A stretch of 59,483 nucleotides of DNA. Origin: Chiloscyllium plagiosum. Its lineage: Eukaryota. Shown piece by piece: positions 51,101 to 59,483 of the stretch; positions within the stretch are counted from its first letter, which is position 1; the number at the start of each line of letters is the position of its first letter. A program made the translations under genes and the position numbers. The notes under the pieces were generated by a model. It ran no database searches. It was given only the letters and a program-made list of their open reading frames with translations, and was not told where the DNA came from. The stretch covers positions 35,513,294 to 35,572,776 of the forward strand of contig NC_057720.1 in the NCBI RefSeq assembly GCF_004010195.1, written 5' to 3'.

Positions 51101-53562
51101 TGCATTGACAGGCAATGGCAAGAGCAGTAATGAATTAGCAGGGGTAGGAAGAATAATGTACACTCTTCCTGAGAGAAGATAGCAGGTTATGTTTCCTGGC
51201 GCTATTGTCACTCACATGCTTTGCTATCTCAGCAATCCTAGTTGTCTGTTACAAAACAGATTAGTGGACTACTGTGACATTCTGAAAATTCCTTTGTACA
51301 TTGTTGTCATCATGATTGTGGATTACAATCTTGACTTGCATGACTGCAGTCTCAACTTCCACTGCAGCAGTCTAATTACTGATGGAAGCAACTTGCGATT
51401 TCGTGGAAACTGATATATCAGCTCCCCAATGGGTGCACACGTTCTGCTGAATGAATTGGCCATCACTTTCACTCTGGAAAGGAAGGGCTCCAAGCTCTGC
51501 AAGCACCAAGTTGGTGCTAGATTTCTCTGTGCTTCTTGACATTGACTTCAGGTCTTTGGATAGACTTCCCAATGCATAATGCACTTTGTTGTGCATATCC
51601 AACAGCTTTCTTCTGTCAGCTAAGCTATCAAAGTGTTTACCTGAATTCTGTGTAGCAGAGATTGTGTGTGACCTTGCCCTTCAATGAGTTGGCATCTGTG
51701 CCATCTTCACTTCTACCCTGACTGCAGGGCAATAGTGTCCTGTGTCTGATCATGTGAAAGCTTCACCTTTATGCTTTCCTGTCTACTTGCTGTTTTGCCA
51801 TAGCCTAGCCATGTTACAATTATTAACGATCTAAAAGGAGAAAGGTAAAAATGTAACTTTGTGGTGCAGTGGGAGAAAGAGGTGCATGGTTATACCATCT
51901 GCAGCTTGTAAAACAGAGTGTGGGATGAAGAGTAAGTGCGATGTAAGCAGGATAATTGGATATGCGGATACCATCACCCTGAATTATTCCAGCAAATCTA
52001 CTGGCCACAACCATAGCATTGGACATCTCTATAATGACCAAAAGCATCTCATCCATAGGGTTCAGGAAATTCAGGCATTTCTATCCGTCTTCACTTAGTT
52101 CATGGTTCCTCCAGTTGAGTACATGTTGTCTTGCAAGCAAGTGTGAAGTTTGTCAGTGGATATTGTCCAATCAGTTTGGATAATATGACTGTCATAATTA
52201 AATAGCTAACAGCATGCACAAAGGTTTGCAATGGTAGTAAATATGCAGGATATAGTGAACTTAAAAATGTTAGGTCTGAGTTCCCATTAATAGATTCCTT
52301 GTAAGGGATTTGATGAGTGCTTGAGGCTAGTGTTGCAATTGGTTGGATATGGCATTTGAAGATCCTTTCAATGACATTGATCATTTATGTGAGGTCAACA
52401 AATATCTTACTATACTACTGTCAGTTCCTTGGGACTTGACTCACGTCATTGACTTTCATGAAGTAGAAATGGGAAACAAAGAAATGGTGGAGGAACTGAA
52501 CAGGTACTTTACATTAGTATTCATGGTGGAAAACACCAGTTGATTAACAGAACTTCAAGATAGTCAGAGGCAGAGGTGAGTGTAGCGACCTTCTCAAAGG
52601 AGAAGGTTCAGGGGAAGCTGAAGGATCTAAAGGTGGATAAATCACCTGGACCAGACAGACTTCATCCCAGGAATTTGAAGAAGATAGCTGAGGAGATTAC
52701 ACAGAGATTGGTGGTGACCTTGTAGAAATCACTGGAGTCATGGAGGATTCCAGAAGACTGGGAAATGGTTATTGTAGCTTCCCTGTTTAAGAAGGGAGGG
52801 AGGCAAAAGACAGGAAACTATTGGCTGGTTAACCTTACCTGGTTTGTCAAGGGGAGGTCATGCCTGACAAATCTGTTAGAATTCTTTGAGGAGGTAACAG
52901 CAAGTTAGACAATGGAGAGCCATTGGACATGATCTATTTGGATTTCCAAAAGGCCTTTGATAAGGTACTGCATAGGAGGCTGCTAAATAAAGAGTCCATG
53001 GTGTTAGGAGAAAGCTACTGGCATGGATAGACAATTGGTTGACTGGTAGAAGAGAGAAGGTGAGGATCTAGGCTTCCTTTCAGGATGGCAGTCATTAACT
53101 AATGGAGTTCCTTAGGAATTCAAGTTGGGGCCACAATTATTCATGTTATGCATTATCAATCTGGATGAAGGAACTGAGGACATTGTTGCTCAATTTGCAG
53201 ATGACACAAAAATGGATGGAGAGACAGGTAGCGTTGAAGAAAGAGGGAGGCTGCAGAAGGACTTGGAGAATGGGCTCGGAAAGTGGGCAAAGAACTGGCA
53301 GATGGAATATAACATGGGAAACATGCAGTTCGGTAAGAGGCGTAGATTATTTTTTAACCAGGCAAGGTTTTGGAAATCTGAAGCTCAAAGGGACATGCTT
53401 CCTAGTTCAGGATTCTGTTAAGGCTAACTTGCAGGTTTAGTTAGCAGTGAGGAAGGCAAATGCAATGTTAGCACTCATTTTAAGAGGACTACAATACAAG
53501 AGGAGAAATGTACTGCTGAGACTCTATAAGGCTCTGGTCAAACCAAATTTAGAATATTGTGA

Positions 53563-53815
53563 GCAGTATGTAAGATAGCTCGCTGAGCTGGAGGCTTTGC
53601 TTTCAGACGTTTTGTCACCATACTAGCATCACTCACCTCAAGAAACCAAAACCTATAAATAGAGAGGCAGGATATACCACCAGCGTTTCACCGGAAACTC
53701 TCACTGATGATGTTACCTAGTATGGTGACAGAATGTCTGAAAACAAGTCTTCCAGCTCAGCAAGCTAACTTACATACTTCTCATCAACCTGAGCTACAAA
53801 TCTTCTCAAAGATTG
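53563..53815. mobile_element. Inverted pLTR pair (family E) nested in CR1
   Basis: Inverted arms AGTATGTAAG..GCTGAGCTGGA..TTTCAGAC..GTCACCATACTAG and complement; hammerhead-like TCA-CTGATGA-TGTTACC-TAGTAT-GGTGACA-GAAT-GTC-TGA at 53701-53740. Confidence 0.75.
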
Positions 53816-53899
53816 AAAGTGGTTTTGCGCCCAGTATCCAAGGAATGAGGTTTTGCCATTTGAGGGGGTCTAAAGGAGGTTTACAAGAATAATCCTCAG

Positions 53900-54683
53900 G
53901 ATGGAGTTTAATTCAGATAAATGCGAGGTGCTGCATTTTGGGAAAACAAATCTTAGCAGGACTTGTACACTTAATGGTAAGATCCTAGGGAGTGTTGCTG
54001 AACAAAGAGACCTTGGAGTGCAGGTTCATAGCTCCTTGAAAGTGGAGTTGCATGTAGGTAGGACAGTGAAGAAGGCGTTTGGTATGCTTTCCTTTCTTGG
54101 TCAGAGTATTGAGTACAGGAGTTAGGAGGTCATGTTGCAGCTGTACAGGACATTGATTCGGCCACTGTTGCAATTCTGGTCTCCTTCCTATCGGAAAGAG
54201 GTTGTGAAACTTGAAAGGGTTCAGAAAAGATTTAGGGTTGGAGAATTTGAGCTATAGGGAGAGGTTGAATAGGCTGGGGCTGTTTTCCCTGGAGTGTAGG
54301 ATGTTGAGGGGTGAACTTATAGAGATTTATAAAATCATGAGGGGCATGGATAGGGTGAATAGACAAAGTATTTTCCCTGGGATGGGGAGTGAAAGGTTTA
54401 GGGTGAGAGGGGAAAGATATAAAAGAGACCTAAGGGGCAACTTTTCATGCAGAGGGTGGTACGTGTATGGAATGAGCTGCCAGAGGAAGTGATGGAGGCG
54501 AGTACAATTGCAACATTTAAAAGGCATCCGGATGGATATACAAATAGGAAGGGTTTAGAGGGATATGGGCCAGGTGCTGGCAGGTGGGACTAGGTTGGAT
54601 TGGGATATCTGGTCGGCATGGACAAGTTAGATCGAAGGGTCTGATTCCGTGCTGTACACTTCTATGACTCTATTACTCTATGA
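53900..54683 (+). mobile_element. Younger 5'-truncated CR1 nested in older CR1
   Basis: ORFs 53901-54125 and 54211-54492 match the 45988-46854 protein; TCTATGACTCTATTACTCTATGA tail. Confidence 0.93.
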
Positions 54684-55699
54684 GGCGATTAAGGACTCCC
54701 AATCTGTACTCAATGGAGTTTAGAAATATGCAGAGATGGGATCTGAATGAATACTAAGAGACCTGGATAGGGTGAACATGGAGAAGATGTTTCCACTAGT
54801 AGGAGCGATAGGACCCAAGAGCACAGCCTCAGAGCTCAACCCTTTGGAACTGAGACAAGGAGGAATTTCTTCATCTAGAAGGTGGTGAATCTGTGGAACT
54901 CATTGCCGCAGAAAGCTGTGGAGGCCAAATCATTGAATATATTTAAGACCAAGAGAGATAGGTTTTGATTAGTAAGGGGATCAAATGTTACAGGGTGTAG
55001 GCAGGAGAATGGGATTGAGAAATATCTCAACCATGATCGAATATCAGAGCAAACGTAATGGGCTGTATAGCCCAATACTGTTGCCATGGTCTTAGGACTA
55101 TCTACTCCAACTCAATTCTGAATGTATGATTGGGGGATCTCCAGGCCCCGTGCAGATTCAGGACATCGTTCCTCATTTCCATCTCCTTTACCAAAGTGTC
55201 CAACACAGATTCTGAATATCTTGGACCCTGCTTCATCCAAAGTTATGTAATTATTAAATGTTTCACAGGTCAGATACAGTTCCTACATGTACTTGTTCCA
55301 GCTACAATACATCCCTTGTTTAAGAGATCTGGGGTAGCCTTAAGGGGTAGCGGCCAGCTCTAATGGTGATTGTAACTCATGAAATTAGTCTATTTGCTGA
55401 GATGTCCAGCCAATTGACAGGGCAGTTAACACTGACTGAACACTAAAATGATTTTACAAGGTACTGTTTTCATAGGGTTGACCAATCTAATTTTTGGCTA
55501 TCAAATTTAAACACCTCATATTTTTAAAGTAATAGCCATTTAATCCCTCACTCCTGACATGACCTCTATTGTGCCTCATACCCTCCATGATAATACATAC
55601 CCCACAACCATCCCCTGGCTCTAGATGCACTTCATGCCTACTCCATGCCAATTTGTCCTTCACCCCCCAGTGGCCTTTATCACCCTTCAGTTTTTGGAA

Positions 55700-55786
55700 A
55701 AGAGTGGTGCTGGAAAAGCACAGCAGGTCAGGCAGCATCCGAGGAGCAGGAAAATCGATGTTTCGGGCAAAAGCCCTTCATCAGGA
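55700..55786 (-). mobile_element. Penelope pLTR fragment with hammerhead motif
   Basis: Minus strand TCCTGATGAAGGGCTTTTGCCCGAAACATCGATT ... CCAGCACCACTC. Confidence 0.85.
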
Positions 55787-56036
55787 TGTATAGCCCAATT
55801 CTGTTCCCATGGTCTTAGGACTATCTACTCCAACTCAATTCTGAATGCATGATTGGGGGATCTTCATCACAAATTTATTGCCCACTGAAAGAAGAAATTC
55901 CTCCTCATTTCCATCTTAAACCTCTTATTCTTGGATTATGCCCTCTGATTCTAGACTCCCACACAAGGAGACACAATCTCTCCATATCCACTCTGTCAGG
56001 TTTCACAAAATCTTCTGAGGAAGTACACCTGAGGCA

Positions 56037-56135
56037 ATTCTGATGAAGTGTCACTCGACCCAAACATTATATCTAATCTCTCTTCATAGATGCTGCCAGA
56101 CCTGCTAAGCTTTTCCAGCACTTCCTGTTTTTGAG
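56037..56135 (+). mobile_element. Penelope pLTR remnant (family D)
   Basis: TTCTGATGAAGTGTCACTCGACCCAAACATT ... AGATGCTGCCAGACCTGCT. Confidence 0.65.
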
Positions 56136-56149
56136 TCCATAAAATCTTG

Positions 56150-56674
56150 TATAGTTATTTCTGGGATAACACACGTTTTGGCAGTGTGATTTGGCTATAA
56201 TGTCACTGAGGAATTAGGAAACGGTATTTTCGAGAATGCTTACCTTTGTTGGCAATAGTGTGATTCCAGTGGGAATCGGTTTGTGCACATTGTTCTGCAT
56301 ATGTGTCAATATCCGTGCCTTTCTGTGCATGCTCTGGTGTCCACACTGTTCCGCACATGCTCTGATGTCAGCTGCCAACAAAGCAGCTTTCTCTGCGAGG
56401 TTCTGTACAGAGGGCAGCTTTCTTATATCTTTTAAAGGTACTGTGTAAAATGAACTTTTGTTTTGTGAACAAATATGATTTCAACCTTCATTCAGGCTGT
56501 GCTAAACTTTGTGTTAGACCTTTGGGTGATTTTGGAGTGACCATGAGTGATTTTTTTTGCTGGTCTGACCATAACCCCACTTTTTCCATAGGCCCCATTA
56601 TTTTTATTAAGCGATTTTCTATTAAACAAGGTTTTGCTGAAACACAACAATGGCATTATAGGAGAACTACCTCT
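56150..56674. mobile_element. Longer (~525 bp) non-autonomous pogo/Tigger-like element
   Basis: Ends TTATAGGAGAACTACCT, near reverse complement of the 1143 terminus; the start resembles the reverse complement of the 396 terminus. Confidence 0.5.
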
Positions 56675-56847
56675 TTATTTAAATAAAATTGCCTCTCATT
56701 CTTCTGAATTCCAAGGAGTATAGGCCCAACATACTCAACCTTTCCTCAGAAGACAGTCTGTCCATTCTCAGTATCAACCTTGTGAAGCTTCCCCGATTAC
56801 CTTAAATGCTAATATGAGCACCAGTTTCCTCATTTCTCCTCATTTCC

Positions 56848-57203
56848 GCAACTACACTGGCCCCAACCCCCACCTTTTCCTCCGCTACATCGATGACTGT
56901 ATCGGCGCCGCCTCGAGCTCCCACGAGGAGGTTGAACAGTTCATCCACTTCACCAACACCTTCCACCCTGACCTCAAATTCACCTGGACAGTCTCAGATT
57001 CCTCCCTCCCCTTCCTCGACCTTTCTATTTCTATCTCAGGCGACCGAATCATCACGGACATCTACTACAAACCAACCGACTCCCACAGCTACCTGGACTA
57101 CACCTCCTCCCATCCTGCCCCCTGTAAAAACGCCATCCCATTCTCCCAATTCCTTCGACTCCGCCGCATCTGCTCCCAGGAGGACCAGTTCCAAAAAAGC
57201 ACA
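56848..57203 (+). pseudogene. Penelope reverse transcriptase, 5'-truncated open segment
   Basis: FLRYIDDCIG...KFTW...LPFLDL...YYKPTDSHSYLDYTSSHP...IPFSQFLRLRRICS with no stops before the gap. Confidence 0.95.
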
Positions 57204-57952
57204 NNNNNNNNNNNNNNNNNNNNNNNNNNNNNNNNNNNNNNNNNNNNNNNNNNNNNNNNNNNNNNNNNNNNNNNNNNNNNNNNNNNNNNNNNNNNNNNNN
57301 NNNNNNNNNNNNNNNNNNNNNNNNNNNNNNNNNNNNNNNNNNNNNNNNNNNNNNNNNNNNNNNNNNNNNNNNNNNNNNNNNNNNNNNNNNNNNNNNNNNN
57401 NNNNNNNNNNNNNNNNNNNNNNNNNNNNNNNNNNNNNNNNNNNNNNNNNNNNNNNNNNNNNNNNNNNNNNNNNNNNNNNNNNNNNNNNNNNNNNNNNNNN
57501 NNNNNNNNNNNNNNNNNNNNNNNNNNNNNNNNNNNNNNNNNNNNNNNNNNNNNNNNNNNNNNNNNNNNNNNNNNNNNNNNNNNNNNNNNNNNNNNNNNNN
57601 NNNNNNNNNNNNNNNNNNNNNNNNNNNNNNNNNNNNNNNNNNNNNNNNNNNNNNNNNNNNNNNNNNNNNNNNNNNNNNNNNNNNNNNNNNNNNNNNNNNN
57701 NNNNNNNNNNNNNNNNNNNNNNNNNNNNNNNNNNNNNNNNNNNNNNNNNNNNNNNNNNNNNNNNNNNNNNNNNNNNNNNNNNNNNNNNNNNNNNNNNNNN
57801 NNNNNNNNNNNNNNNNNNNNNNNNNNNNNNNNNNNNNNNNNNNNNNNNNNNNNNNNNNNNNNNNNNNNNNNNNNNNNNNNNNNNNNNNNNNNNNNNNNNN
57901 NNNNNNNNNNNNNNNNNNNNNNNNNNNNNNNNNNNNNNNNNNNNNNNNNNNN
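57204..57952. other. Assembly gap (749 N)
   Basis: Run of N inside the Penelope copy. Confidence 1.
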
Positions 57953-59109
57953 ATGCACGAAACGTCGATTCTCCTGTTCCCTGGATGCTGCCTGACCTGC
58001 TGCGCTTTTCCAGCAACACATTTCCAGCTCATTTCCCCTCCCCCCACCTTACCCCAGTTCCAAACTTCCAGCTCCATCCTCATGACCTGTCCCACCTGTC
58101 AATTTTCCTTCCCACCTATCCGCTCCTCTCCGACCTATCAGCTTTACCCCTTCCTCCATCCACCTATTGCACTCCCAGCTACCTTCTCCCTAGCCCCACC
58201 CTCTCCCATTTATCTCTCCACCCCCGAGGCTTCCAATCTCATTCCTGATGAAGGGTTCCTGCCTGAAACGTCGATTTTCCCGCTCCTTGGATGCTGTCTG
58301 ACCTGCTGTGCACTTCCAGCACCACTCTAAACTTGACTCTAATCTCAAGCATCTGCAGTCCTCACTTTTGGCTGCTTAAATGCTAATATATCTTTCCTTA
58401 GATAAGGGGCCAAAAAATGTTCACAGTACTTCCGTTCTGGTGGACTAGTGCCTGGTATAGTTAAGCTTTTATTATAAACAAATTCTATTTTGATCCCACA
58501 TCAAATACAGCTCATCTATTAACAGCCTCCTTAAGCCGTCAATTAAGTAATGAACTCAGAACACCCTGCTAAGATAAATATAGTCTTTGAATCTCAGCCA
58601 AGCATTCATAATGATATTATCTTAGCTGTTTGGGAAATGTCAACAAAGAGTTTCATTGAAACTGCATGGCTGGTGCTGCTTGACTTTTTTCTAATCTATG
58701 TCTGTCAATCAAAGCAGTATGGCACAATGTTATGATCCCAGCTGATGGCATATTAGACAAGTTTGATGCTAGAGTAAAACCAGAATTGAAGATCAAAAGT
58801 TTTTTTTATTTTTATTTACCAAGAAGGTCAATTGATCAACATATTTACAAGAGGTTGCCAATGTACTTTTAATAAAATAACATAGAAGTTTATTTCACAA
58901 GAATTACTGAAACAACAAACATTGGAAAGAAAGATTTATCCCTTTTATCCTAGCAATTTCTTTAAAGACAGTTAAACCTCAATGAAGATTCATGTCTATC
59001 TCCATGCTAAAAGTGTCTTGCTCAGCTGGGATGTTAACTTGCTTCAGTTAAGGTCACTTCCTGAGCCCTTGGTAAAAACAAGCAAACTCAGCTCATGATT
59101 ACTAACCTG

Positions 59110-59305
59110 CCTTAGTGGTAATACCACTGGACTAGTAATCGAGACCCCAGGTTTTAAAACAAGTTGCACCGTAACAGTTGGTAAAATTTTGAATTAATAA
59201 AAATCCTGAATAAAAACTGTTCTAATTGTGACAGTATAACTACTGTCAATCATCATTAAAGATCCACTTGTTCTTTAGGGAAGGAAATCTGGTAACACCT
59301 GGCTA
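59110..59305 (+). mobile_element. tRNA-derived SINE remnant
   Basis: TAGTGGTAATACCACTGGACTAGTAATC ... CTTTAGGGAAGGAAATCTG; same family as 25040. Confidence 0.55.
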
Positions 59306-59315
59306 ATAGGAATTA

Positions 59316-59483
59316 TTCTGGATTAGTGGTGCTGGAAGAGCACAGCAGTTCAGGCAGCATCCAAGGAGCAGTGAAATCGACATTTCGGGCAAAAGCCCTT
59401 CATCAGGAATAAAGGCAGAGAGCCTGAAGCGTGGAGAGATAAGCTAGGGGAGGGTGGGGGTGGGGAGAGAGTAGCATAGAGTC
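59316..59483 (-). mobile_element. Penelope 3' end/pLTR (family B), runs off window
   Basis: Near-identical to 28051-28200; hammerhead motif on minus at about 59376-59410. Confidence 0.88.

Larger units (their letters stand above)
52460..55090 (+). mobile_element. CR1 LINE ORF2 plus 3'UTR, interrupted by two nested insertions
   Basis: KSPGPD, PEDW, YLDFQKAFDKV, GPQLF and QFADDTK (ORF 53125-53421) motifs with stops and frameshifts. Confidence 0.92.
56816..58374 (+). mobile_element. Penelope composite inserted in a CR1 fragment
   Basis: RT fragment, gap, then two pLTR ends; outer 15-bp TSD CTTAAATGCTAATAT (56801-56815, 58375-58389). Confidence 0.88.

Noticed and set aside
56893..58248. 300-450 aa ORFs in several frames
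   Set aside because: They span 749 N; only the frame carrying the Penelope RT is meaningful.
1..59483. CRISPR array, tRNA/rRNA genes or a prokaryotic system
   Set aside because: No regularly spaced repeat-spacer array; tRNA-like segments are SINE heads; the content is vertebrate retroelement-rich DNA.

Overview
AT-rich vertebrate genomic DNA. The repeat content (HE1-like V-SINEs, DeuSINE-like SINEs, abundant CR1 LINEs and Penelope-like elements) points to a cartilaginous fish, probably a shark; this is inferred, not searched. I found no host protein-coding exon I can support. The only convincing coding remnants are transposon-derived: CR1 RT, Penelope RT and GIY-YIG endonuclease, RTE RT, and Harbinger transposase and Myb/SANT. 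There are two assembly gaps (16540-17039, 500 N; 57204-57952, 749 N). The most notable signal is more than 15 minimal hammerhead-ribozyme motifs (CUGANGA-helix II-GAAA-palindromic helix III-UH) carried by at least four Penelope pLTR families, whose helix II sequences differ but still pair. Many sit in short, ORF-less, palindromic insertions bounded by 12-16 bp target-site duplications. A 77-bp direct duplication and a ~200-bp inverted duplication adjoin such insertions. Repeat-poor blocks at about 9-12.5 kb and 19.4-24.3 kb are candidate regulatory or conserved non-coding DNA. Repeat boundaries were read by eye and are approximate, family names come from recalled consensus features, and labels A-E are my own.
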